Shown here: positions 7,348 through 15,721 of the stretch, piece after piece
How the letters are laid out: the number at the start of each line of letters is the position of its first letter
Numbering within the stretch: position 1 is the first letter of the stretch
From: Bacillota bacterium
GTDB lineage: Bacteria > Bacillota_I > Bacilli_A > RFN20 > CAG-826
Assembly (NCBI GenBank): GCA_036788815.1
Contig: DAIQMS010000004.1
Location: forward strand, 1 to 62,660
Direction: 5' to 3'
DNA length: 62,660 nt
Position numbers and translations under genes: made by a program
The notes under the pieces: model-generated
The model's database searches: none
Told to the model about the DNA's origin: nothing
What the model saw: the letters and a program-made list of their open reading frames with translations, nothing else

Positions 7348-9401
7348 GCCTCGTTAGTTTCTTTTTCGCCCTCGTCAGCTTCGTTCTCGGGGCTTATTTG
7401 GCCTTCGATTTCCATTCGCCTTCGTGCGTCTTGATCTTCTTAAGCATCATCCCCTTTCTTTACGCCGCCTTTAAGCGGGGGAAGGGGAACGTCGTCGTCT
7501 TTCTCCTTTCTTTGGGGCTCGGGATTGGGCTCTTCAGCATCAAGATCCCGCCTCAGGAAGGGAAAGGGACCTACGAGGGCTTCGTCTTGGAGGCCCGGGC
7601 CAATTACTTTTTCTTCGTGAGCAAGGGAGTCCGTTATTACGTCGTCGAGAAAGAAAGCACCCGCGAAAAGGGTGATGTCCTCTCGATCGAAGGGAAAGCG
7701 GCGCCTTATGAAGGAACCGAGTACGAAAGCCGGTTCTCCTTCAAGGAATATCTCGCCAAAAACGGGATCAGCGATCAGCTGAGCGCCTACAAGATCACCG
7801 TGAAATTCCAGCTCCCTCTCCGGCTCCGGGCCAAGGAAGTGAGCTTTCTTTCCCATTTCTCTAAGGAAGGGGCGGACGCGATCGACGCCCTCCTTTTTAA
7901 CCATAAGGATTATTCCTCGAGCTTCATTCAGAAGGCCTCATCCTTGGGCTGCCTTTATTTCCTCTCGTTGTCGGGGCTCCTCTATGGGGGAGTTCTCCGA
8001 GGGAGTGAGAAGCTTCTTTCGCTGAAGCTCAAGGACAAACAAACCCACGCGATTTGTTGGGTTTTGGCTCTTTTGCTTTTGCCCTTTGGCCTAGGAAAAG
8101 CTGGCTTCTGGCGGGTCTTTCTCTCGAGGAGCTATCATCTCTACGCCGAAAGGAAAGGCCTGCGTTCGCCCCCTCATTTTTACGTCCTATCGATCCTCGG
8201 GATCGTGAGTCTTTTGCTCAATCGCTATTACGCCCTCGATAGCGGCTTTCTTTTGGGCTATGGCCTCTCCTTTGCCCTTTGCCTAACGAGGGGCGTCCTT
8301 TCCCGTTACCCGGGCAAAAAGAAGAGTCTCATGAGCTCCCTTTTCGTCCTCTTTTTCCTATTCCCGATGCTGGCGAATAAAGGGGCGCTCCATCTTCTCT
8401 CGCTTCTCTACTCGTTCCTTTTGATGCCTCTTGTCTATCCTTTCGCCTTCTTTTCTAGCCTTTCGTTTCTCACGCTTCCTTGGGTCAAATTCCTCAATGC
8501 TTATGCCCATGTAATTGTCGGTGTGGTCGATGTTTTCGAGAAGGTGGACCTCCTTATCCCCTTGGGGAATTGGAGCGGGCCCTTCACGATCGGTTACTAC
8601 TTTTTCTTCGGGGCGTTTTACTATTTCCGGGAGTTCAACGCCCGCTTGATCGAACGGCTCTTGCTCGGAGCCCTAAGCGGAGTGATCGGCCTCGGGGTTT
8701 TGCCCATCAGCAATGCGGTGAGTGGGGAAGTCTCCTTCATCAACGTCGGGCAAGGGGACGCGATTTTGATTCGGGATCGCTTCACCACGGTTTTGATCGA
8801 TACCGGAGGCTCGCTCTCCTTTGATTTGGCGGAAGAAGTCGACATCCCTTATTTAAGGAAGAATAGGATCTATAAAATCGATTATCTGATTGCGAGCCAT
8901 GGCGACTATGACCATATCGGAGCGGCCGCTTCCTTAAGCCAGCATTTTCATGTGAGCCATTACGTGACGGATAAAAATTCCTTCCCTTTAAAAGCGGGCG
9001 ATCTCACCTTCGTGAATTACAACCTTTGGGGCGGGGCGGAAGAGAACGAGGAGAGTCTCGTCCTGGGTCTTGATTTCCTCGGCAAGGAATGGCTTTTCAC
9101 GGGGGATGCTCCGATTTCGATCGAGAAGAAAATCCTTCAGGAATTCCCGGCGATCAATTGCGATATTCTCAAAGTGGGGCACCATGGCTCAAAGACTTCC
9201 TCGTCCTACGATTTTCTCAAGACTATCACCCCCGAAGTGGCGATCATCTCGGTCGGGAGGAAAAACAAATACGGCCACCCGAATGAGGAGGTGATTGAAC
9301 GGCTCACTTCGCTCGGGATTCCCATCCGGCGGACCGACGAGGAAGGGACGATCACCTACGAAACCTATTTCGGGGCGAAATTAGGGCGCGTTTCATCGTG
9401 A
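7317..9401 (+). CDS. comEC: Competence DNA-uptake channel ComEC/Rec2
   Basis: Multi-TM region followed by an MBL domain (INVGQGDA, IDTGG, SHGDYDHIG, FTGDA, KVGHHGS, GHP); follows comEA. Start codon uncertain. Confidence 0.9.
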   Translation: MQKLRQLDGIGLVSFFFALVSFVLGAYLAFDFHSPSCVLIFLSIIPFLYAAFKRGKGNVVVFLLSLGLGIGLFSIKIPPQEGKGTYEGFVLEARANYFFFVSKGVRYYVVEKESTREKGDVLSIEGKAAPYEGTEYESRFSFKEYLAKNGISDQLSAYKITVKFQLPLRLRAKEVSFLSHFSKEGADAIDALLFNHKDYSSSFIQKASSLGCLYFLSLSGLLYGGVLRGSEKLLSLKLKDKQTHAICWVLALLLLPFGLGKAGFWRVFLSRSYHLYAERKGLRSPPHFYVLSILGIVSLLLNRYYALDSGFLLGYGLSFALCLTRGVLSRYPGKKKSLMSSLFVLFFLFPMLANKGALHLLSLLYSFLLMPLVYPFAFFSSLSFLTLPWVKFLNAYAHVIVGVVDVFEKVDLLIPLGNWSGPFTIGYYFFFGAFYYFREFNARLIERLLLGALSGVIGLGVLPISNAVSGEVSFINVGQGDAILIRDRFTTVLIDTGGSLSFDLAEEVDIPYLRKNRIYKIDYLIASHGDYDHIGAAASLSQHFHVSHYVTDKNSFPLKAGDLTFVNYNLWGGAEENEESLVLGLDFLGKEWLFTGDAPISIEKKILQEFPAINCDILKVGHHGSKTSSSYDFLKTITPEVAIISVGRKNKYGHPNEEVIERLTSLGIPIRRTDEEGTITYETYFGAKLGRVSS

Positions 9402-9434
9402 TTCACCTCGGGCTTTATCCTATAATAGACAGGA

Positions 9435-10409
9435 ATGATTCAGTTACTTTTCTCGCCCCAGCCTCGGATGGTGAAGGGGGCCCTCAAAAAGCTCATGCAG
9501 ACCTCCTGCCCGAATCCCGACGCGATGAATTACGTCTCGTTCGATCTCGGGGTGACACCGCTTCTCGATGTAGCGAACGAATGTCTTTCCCTTCCTCTCG
9601 GGTATGATAAAAAGACCGTGGTGGCGGAGAATTGCTTCTTTTTGGAGAAAAGCCGCAGCAAGCCGAAATACCTCAAAGGCGATGATCCGAAAGCCTTCTT
9701 GGCCTACCTTCAAAACCCCGATCCGGCGATCGACCTTTATCTTTTGGCCTATAGCGATTCCCTCGATGAGCGGAGCGATTTCTTCCAGGCTCTTTTAGCG
9801 GATGGCGCCCGGATCAATCCGGTCAGCGAATTCTCGAAAGAGCAATGGCATGACTATATCGCCCGTTTCTTCGAGAAAAGGAACGTAGCCATCGAGCCGA
9901 TGGCAATCAACGAGATTCAGAATCGGATCGCCGGCGATTACGCCCGCTTCCTGAACGAAGGGCAGAAACTCGTCGCCTACAGCAATGGCGAGAAAATCAC
10001 CAAGGCGGTGGTGGAATCGCTCGTGAGCGAGCCGCTCGAGGATGATGCGTTCCGCCTTTCGAACGCTTTGACGAGGGGCGATGTGAAAAACGCGATTCGG
10101 ATCTATCAGGATCTCCGCGTCTTCTCGGCCGAGCCGATTTCCTTGATCCATCTTTTGGCGAATCAGTTCCGCTTCCTCAACGAAGTCCGTTATCTCCAGA
10201 GCTCGGGGTTAGGGAGCTCCCAGATTTCCGGGGCCCTTCAATGCTCCTCGATGCGGGTCTCCATCGCCCTCGATAATCTTCGTCGGATGGGGGAGGATTC
10301 CCTCAATAACGCCCTTGATGGCCTCTACGATTGCGAGGTCTCCATCTTGACGGGAAAGTGCGATCCCGACATGGCTTTCAGCCTCTATTTAGCAAATTTC
10401 ACCTTATGA
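9435..10409 (+). CDS. holA: DNA polymerase III delta subunit
   Basis: Position after comEC; DDAFRLSNAL, EPISLIHLLANQFR, DCEVSILTG. Confidence 0.9.
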   Translation: MIQLLFSPQPRMVKGALKKLMQTSCPNPDAMNYVSFDLGVTPLLDVANECLSLPLGYDKKTVVAENCFFLEKSRSKPKYLKGDDPKAFLAYLQNPDPAIDLYLLAYSDSLDERSDFFQALLADGARINPVSEFSKEQWHDYIARFFEKRNVAIEPMAINEIQNRIAGDYARFLNEGQKLVAYSNGEKITKAVVESLVSEPLEDDAFRLSNALTRGDVKNAIRIYQDLRVFSAEPISLIHLLANQFRFLNEVRYLQSSGLGSSQISGALQCSSMRVSIALDNLRRMGEDSLNNALDGLYDCEVSILTGKCDPDMAFSLYLANFTL

Positions 10410-10858
10410 AAATCGTCGTGATTTCCGATACCCATGGGGATCTTTCCGCCTTACGCCGGGTCGCGCTCATCGAGAACGACGCCGATGTTTATCTCCATGC
10501 CGGGGACGTCGAAGCCTCGCCCTTGGATATCTCGCCTTTCGCCGCGGTCAAAGGGAACTGCGATGGGGCTTTCCCCGAATACCCGTTCCGTTACGAGACG
10601 ATGACTCCCTTCGGGAAACTCCACATGGAGCATTACCCGCTTTACTCGAGCGCCATGCTCGCCTCCCTGAAGCAAGATGGGGTGCGGATCTTCATCCATG
10701 GGCACACCCATGAAAGGGAAGAGGAGCTGAGGGACGGGGTTTGGATTTTCTGTCCGGGTTCCCTCACCTTCCCGCACGATTCCGACGAAGGGACCTATCT
10801 TGTCCTCGATATCGATGAGAAGACGGTGAAGAGCACCTTCAAAACCATTGTCTACTGA
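10406..10858 (+). CDS. YfcE/YsnB-family metallophosphoesterase
   Basis: ISDTHG, HAGD, VKGNCD, HGHTH, CPGS. Confidence 0.9.
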   Translation: MKIVVISDTHGDLSALRRVALIENDADVYLHAGDVEASPLDISPFAAVKGNCDGAFPEYPFRYETMTPFGKLHMEHYPLYSSAMLASLKQDGVRIFIHGHTHEREEELRDGVWIFCPGSLTFPHDSDEGTYLVLDIDEKTVKSTFKTIVY

Positions 10859-10863
10859 ACATG

Positions 10864-10895
10864 AAAAAAGCCTCGAGTGATCGAGGCTTTCTTTT
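10864..10895. terminator. Bidirectional intrinsic terminator between the phosphoesterase gene and rpsT
   Basis: AAAAAAGCCTCGA-GTGA-TCGAGGCTTTCTTTT. Confidence 0.85.
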
Positions 10896-10911
10896 ATCAT
10901 TGAGAATCGGA

Positions 10912-11175
10912 TTACTTGACCGCGGCGACAAGATGCTGAAGATGGGCTTTCTTGCGGGCGCAGGAATTGTCCGAGATCGTGCCGCGCTGAGCAAGCTGAT
11001 CAAGGAGCGAAACGGCTTCCTTGAGGGCTTCCTGAGCTTCCGCCTTTTTGCCAGCGGCCGCTAAGGTTTCAACCTTTTTGATCGCGGTGCGAGCAGCGTT
11101 CTTCTCGGTGTTGTTCTTTTCGCGGGCGAGCTCATTGGTCTCGTTGCGTTTGATCTGAGATTTGATGTTAGCCAT
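10912..11175 (-). CDS. rpsT: 30S ribosomal protein S20
   Basis: MANIKSQIKRN...ARKKAHL. Confidence 0.97.
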   Translation of the reverse strand: MANIKSQIKRNETNELAREKNNTEKNAARTAIKKVETLAAAGKKAEAQEALKEAVSLLDQLAQRGTISDNSCARKKAHLQHLVAAVK

Positions 11176-11240
11176 AAGTGTTAATGCTTCCTTTTCGTTT
11201 TCGCGAGATAGATTTTAGCCTTTTAGGCTACGCAAAACAA

Positions 11241-13256
11241 CTATTTTTGTTCGCTTTGGGGCTTCTTTTCCTCGTGAAGGAGCCTGAGGATCTCCCCCGC
11301 GAAGTCTTTGACGCAGGCCAACTTGCCGTATTTTTCGGTCGGAATGCTGAGGTGGAAGGCATCATTTAAGTCCGACACCATCGCCACATACGACATCGAG
11401 TCACCCCCAAGATCAGTCGTCCAAATCGCGGTGTCCGAGATCTTGAATTCCGGGAGCAAGAGGCTCTTGGCGAAGACCGTGCGGACTTTTTCGAGAACGT
11501 CTTTGACTTCTTTCGGATCGTAACCCTCAAGCGAGACGCTTTCGCGCTTCTCGCCAAAGGCCATGAAATCATCGGCTCCGTTCTTGAGCGCATCCCGGAG
11601 GACGTAGCGTTTCACCTTCATATTGTTGGCAATCGGCATGCTCTTCTTGTAGACCAAGGTCTTGCTGACCCGTTTTTCGTTCGGGAGCGAGGCATTGATG
11701 GCCTCGATCGCCTTCTGGATCGCGGGGAAGTCGCTATTCTGGACCACGTTGTCGAGCTCCAAAATGAGGACGACGTCTTCTTTATCGCCATTTTTCATGC
11801 CGACCACGACGTCATTGACGACGTGGGGGACGTCTTTGAAGTAGAACTCGATCTCATCGGGGTAGACGTTTTCGCCATTGCTCGAGATGATCGTGTCCTT
11901 GCTCCGGCCTTTGATGTAATATTCGCCCGTCGCATCGACTGCGGCGATATCGCCGGTCGGATAATAGCCATCTTCGGATAAGACGGTGTTTTTGCGGACG
12001 CCGCCGATGATTTCTTCTTGATGGATCGTCGGGGATTTGACCCAGAGTTCGCCTTGGCCTTCCGCGGCGCCTTCGCTCGGGACGATCTTGTATTTCATCC
12101 CCCAAAGCGGGTGGCCGATCGAGCCCTTGAGCCGATCTTCGACCCGGGGCGAAAGCTCGACCGAAGTGACGCCGATCTCGGTCATGCCATAGCCGTTATA
12201 AAGCGGATAGCCGATGCCGTTGATGACGGAAAGGGTCTTTTGCGAAAGATAGCCGCCGCCGGAAATGCAGAATTCGATCTGCTTCCCGAAGACTTTCTTC
12301 TGGAAGGCGTGCTTGACGAACGCATGGGCGGCCCAGCCGGCTTCCCGGCGCGAGATCTGATGATTGTTGTAAGCGACGAGATTATCGAGCATCGTCTCGG
12401 TCTTCTCGCCTTTGAGGGCGGCGCTCCGCTGAATCTTCTGAGCGACCGAATCCCAGAACATCGGGACGCTGTAAAGATGGGTGACCGGGGCTTTCTTGAT
12501 TGCCAAGAAAAGATCGGTCGTGGCCATCGTGGTCGGATAGACGAGAGCCTTGCCATAGAAGGTGTACCAAAGGAACACCGCGGTGAAGCCGAAAATGTGG
12601 TGGAGCGGGATCATGCAAAGGATGTTGGTCCTGCCGCTATGAAAGATGTCTAAGGTTTCTTGAGGCGTGTTGAGAGCGCCCGCAACCTGATAGCAGAGGG
12701 CTTCGCCATTCGTGACCATCATCTTGGCGTCGCCGGTCGTGCCGCTCGAGCAGAAGATGACTTGGTTGGCCCAGTGGGGCGCGAAGGTCGCGTCTTCTTG
12801 GGCGTTTTTGATATCGTTGAGCCGGAAAGAAGCGACCGAATAAGGCTCTTCCTCATTCACGATGATCGCTTTGGCTCCGCTTTGCTTAAGAAGGTTCTCG
12901 GTGTTCTCGTGGGCCAATTTGGCATCAACGAGAAGAATCGGGTGGCCATTCATCACGGTGGCCCAGAAAAGAAGCGGCCAGCTCGGACAGTTCCGGAGTT
13001 TGAGCGCGACGAGGCTCCCGGCCGGAAGACCCGATAAGGCCGTCGAAAGATGGCGGGCGAGATAATAGACGTCCGTTTTGTATTTAGCGTAGGTATAGCT
13101 TTGCTTTTTGCCATCCTCATCGAAATAGATGCAGGCTTTCTCGTTCTGATGGAGCGAGGTCGCAATTTCATAGATGTCTTTCAGGGTGCGGCTGCTCGAA
13201 AGCAACAGCTTCGCCGAATCGACGAATTTCTGAACGTCCCGATATTCTCTAGCCAT
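11241..13256 (-). CDS. Long-chain acyl-adenylate-forming enzyme (AMP-binding) fused to a C-terminal acyl-carrier (phosphopantetheine) domain
   Basis: CSSGTTGDAK, NGYGMTE, YPTGD, KGRSKDTIISSNGENVYPDEIE; C-terminal DLGGDSM carrier motif. SD GGAGG places the start at the ATG overlapping the cysE stop. Confidence 0.85.
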   Translation of the reverse strand: MAREYRDVQKFVDSAKLLLSSSRTLKDIYEIATSLHQNEKACIYFDEDGKKQSYTYAKYKTDVYYLARHLSTALSGLPAGSLVALKLRNCPSWPLLFWATVMNGHPILLVDAKLAHENTENLLKQSGAKAIIVNEEEPYSVASFRLNDIKNAQEDATFAPHWANQVIFCSSGTTGDAKMMVTNGEALCYQVAGALNTPQETLDIFHSGRTNILCMIPLHHIFGFTAVFLWYTFYGKALVYPTTMATTDLFLAIKKAPVTHLYSVPMFWDSVAQKIQRSAALKGEKTETMLDNLVAYNNHQISRREAGWAAHAFVKHAFQKKVFGKQIEFCISGGGYLSQKTLSVINGIGYPLYNGYGMTEIGVTSVELSPRVEDRLKGSIGHPLWGMKYKIVPSEGAAEGQGELWVKSPTIHQEEIIGGVRKNTVLSEDGYYPTGDIAAVDATGEYYIKGRSKDTIISSNGENVYPDEIEFYFKDVPHVVNDVVVGMKNGDKEDVVLILELDNVVQNSDFPAIQKAIEAINASLPNEKRVSKTLVYKKSMPIANNMKVKRYVLRDALKNGADDFMAFGEKRESVSLEGYDPKEVKDVLEKVRTVFAKSLLLPEFKISDTAIWTTDLGGDSMSYVAMVSDLNDAFHLSIPTEKYGKLACVKDFAGEILRLLHEEKKPQSEQK

Positions 13257-13780
13257 TATTTGCATCCTCCGTTTTTCAGCACATGGACTTCGCCATTCAC
13301 GTAGACCGACTCGGGCGGCACATCGTGGCGGACCACTTCGTTGGCACCGATCCTCGAGCAATGCCCGATCGTGATATTCCCAAGGAGAATCGCTCCCGCC
13401 CCAACCATCACATGGTCCTCAAGGGTCGGATGGCGCTTCACTTTCTCATTCGATGTCCCACCGAGGGTGACTCCATGGTAGAGCGTGCAATCATCGCCGA
13501 TGATCGCTGTTTCGCCAATCACGACTCCAGAGCCATGATCGATGAAAAGGTTTCGTCCGATCGTGCAGGCCGGATGGATTTCAATCCCCGTCCGTCTTTT
13601 CGCGATCATCATCAGCATCTCGGCCAAGAACTTCAAATGGCGCTTCCAAAAGAAATGGGCCACATGGTAGTGGCGCATCACGATGGCAGAAGGATAAAGG
13701 AAAAAGATCTCGAGGTTGTTCCTCGCGGCCGGATCCCGGCGTTTGATGGAGGCGTAGTAGGATTCTTTTTTATTTCCCAT
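13256..13780 (-). CDS. cysE: Serine O-acetyltransferase
   Basis: RDPAARN, TGIEIHPACTIG, FIDHGSGVVIGETA, VTLGGT, KRHPTL. Confidence 0.93.
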   Translation of the reverse strand: MGNKKESYYASIKRRDPAARNNLEIFFLYPSAIVMRHYHVAHFFWKRHLKFLAEMLMMIAKRRTGIEIHPACTIGRNLFIDHGSGVVIGETAIIGDDCTLYHGVTLGGTSNEKVKRHPTLEDHVMVGAGAILLGNITIGHCSRIGANEVVRHDVPPESVYVNGEVHVLKNGGCK

Positions 13781-14675
13781 AGATTCCCATCGACATGTAC
13801 TTGATGCCGCCATCGGGCGACACAGCCAATATTCTAAGCCCTTTAGGCGCATTTTCTGTAGCGATTTTTTCGGCGGCTAAAATCGCGGCCGCGCTCGAGA
13901 TTCCGAGGAAATAGCCTTTTTGGGCCAAAGCGTTGGCTTTGGCAATCGCGTCATCGCTCTTGATTTGGAGGATCTGATCCACCAAGCCTTTCTCATAGAG
14001 CGGCGGAACGAAATTGGCGCCGATGCCCTGAATCTTGTGGGGGCCGGCATTTCCGCCTTCAAGGACCGGCGATTCGGCCGGTTCGACGGCGATGGCTTTC
14101 ATCGACGGATAGGCTTTCTTTAAGACTTTGGCATTGCCAACGAGGGTGCCAGCCGTGCCAACGCCTGCGACGAAATAATCGAGGCCATCAGGGAAATCGG
14201 CAAGGATTTCCTTGGCGGTGTTCTTCTCATGGGCCCGGGGGTTCGCCTTATTCTCAAATTGGTTGAGGAAGACGTAGCCCTCTTTCTCCATCTCGGCGGC
14301 TTTCTTCTCGGCCCCGGCCATCCCTTCGGCTTTCGGCGTCAATAAAACGATGGCGCCATAGGCCTTCATGAGATTGATCCGCTCAAGCGACATGTTCTCC
14401 GGCATCACGATGGTGAGGGGAATGCCTTTCACCGCGCAGACGAGGGCGAGGCCGATCCCGGTGTTGCCACTCGTGCCTTCGACCGCTTTTTGGCCGGCTT
14501 TCCCGAGTTTGCCTTCCTTGATCAGGGTTTCGATCATCTCGAGGGCGATTCGATCTTTGATCGACATGCCCGGATTCATCATTTCCAGTTTCACATAGAC
14601 TTCATTGCCATTCAGCGTCTCCAGATGGACGACGGGGGTATGGCCGATTAACTCTAAGATACTTTCATGAATCAT
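13770..14675 (-). CDS. cysK: Cysteine synthase A
   Basis: IGHTPVV, KLEMMNPGMSIKDR (PLP Lys), TSGNTGIGLA, GVGTAGT, HKIQGIG. Confidence 0.95.
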   Translation of the reverse strand: MIHESILELIGHTPVVHLETLNGNEVYVKLEMMNPGMSIKDRIALEMIETLIKEGKLGKAGQKAVEGTSGNTGIGLALVCAVKGIPLTIVMPENMSLERINLMKAYGAIVLLTPKAEGMAGAEKKAAEMEKEGYVFLNQFENKANPRAHEKNTAKEILADFPDGLDYFVAGVGTAGTLVGNAKVLKKAYPSMKAIAVEPAESPVLEGGNAGPHKIQGIGANFVPPLYEKGLVDQILQIKSDDAIAKANALAQKGYFLGISSAAAILAAEKIATENAPKGLRILAVSPDGGIKYMSMGIYGK

Positions 14676-14747
14676 CGTTATTTCTCCTCACGCCTAAGCG
14701 CGCTATAATTTAGACACGAAAAAGGTTACAAGTAAAACGATACGGTA

Positions 14748-15692
14748 ATGGCATTTCAAAACAATCACGACGTCCGAATTCTTTATATGGGTACCCCAGC
14801 GATGTCGGCCCATGTCCTTTCGTCTTTGCTCGATGCGGGTTTCAATGTCGTGGGCCTCGTTTGCCAAGAAGACAAGGCCGTAGGCCGGGAAAAGACGAAT
14901 GAGGTTGTGCCGACTAAAGCGGTGGCTTTAGCCCATAACATCCCGGTTTTTCAGCCCCATAAAGTGCGGCTGGATTTCGAATTCGCCAAGACGCTTGATT
15001 TCGACGTGATCGTGACGATGGCCTATGGCCAGATCATCCCGCAAGGGCTTCTTGATCTCGCCAAAGTGGGCTCCGTCAATTTACACGGCTCCCTCCTTCC
15101 GAAATACCGCGGTGCCGCCCCGATTCAAAGGGCGATCATGGCGGGCGAGAAAGAAACCGGGGTCACCTTGATGGAAATGGTGGCGGCGATGGATGCCGGC
15201 AAGATGTACGACACGATCGCTTTCCCGATTCTCCCCGAGGATAACTACACCTCCGTTTGCGTTAAAATCTCCGATGCAGCCTCAAAACTCATCGTCAAAG
15301 ATCTTTTGGCTTATGCCAATAAGAATCTCGCGGGCGAAGAGCAGAAAGAAAAAGACGTCACGATCGCCAATAAGATCAAACCGGAAGATGAGCATCTCCC
15401 GTTATTTCTTTCCGCCGAAGGGGCCTTCAACTACGTCCGGGGATTGAGCGAAGAGCCGGGCGCTTACGTCCTCCTCAATGACAAAAAACTCAAAATCACG
15501 CGCTCCCACGTCGAGAATCACGATGTGATTCGGGCGGTTGGCGAGGTGATTCCGAACAAAAAGAAGCTATTGGTCCAGTTCTATGACGGCCAGCTTTCGC
15601 TCGATGAAGTCCAGCTCGAAGGCAAGAAGAAGATGGATGCCGCGAGCTTCCTCAATGGCGCTCATCTCTCCGGCCACGTTTTGATCAAGTGA
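14748..15692 (+). CDS. fmt: Methionyl-tRNA formyltransferase
   Basis: YMGTP, VNLHGSLLPKYRGAAPIQ, MDAG. Confidence 0.96.
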   Translation: MAFQNNHDVRILYMGTPAMSAHVLSSLLDAGFNVVGLVCQEDKAVGREKTNEVVPTKAVALAHNIPVFQPHKVRLDFEFAKTLDFDVIVTMAYGQIIPQGLLDLAKVGSVNLHGSLLPKYRGAAPIQRAIMAGEKETGVTLMEMVAAMDAGKMYDTIAFPILPEDNYTSVCVKISDAASKLIVKDLLAYANKNLAGEEQKEKDVTIANKIKPEDEHLPLFLSAEGAFNYVRGLSEEPGAYVLLNDKKLKITRSHVENHDVIRAVGEVIPNKKKLLVQFYDGQLSLDEVQLEGKKKMDAASFLNGAHLSGHVLIK

Positions 15693-15721
15693 ACTCCTAG
15701 GAGTTCGGCTATAATAACCTC

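Noticed and set aside
9175-9182. Third TGGGGCAC, inside comEC
   Set aside because: It encodes the conserved KVGHHG motif and lacks the downstream TTTTCTTG/CTATNGAT blocks.
11216-11230. TAGCCT-TTT-AGGCTA inverted repeat in the rpsT promoter spacer
   Set aside because: Short, single-copy and compatible with chance.
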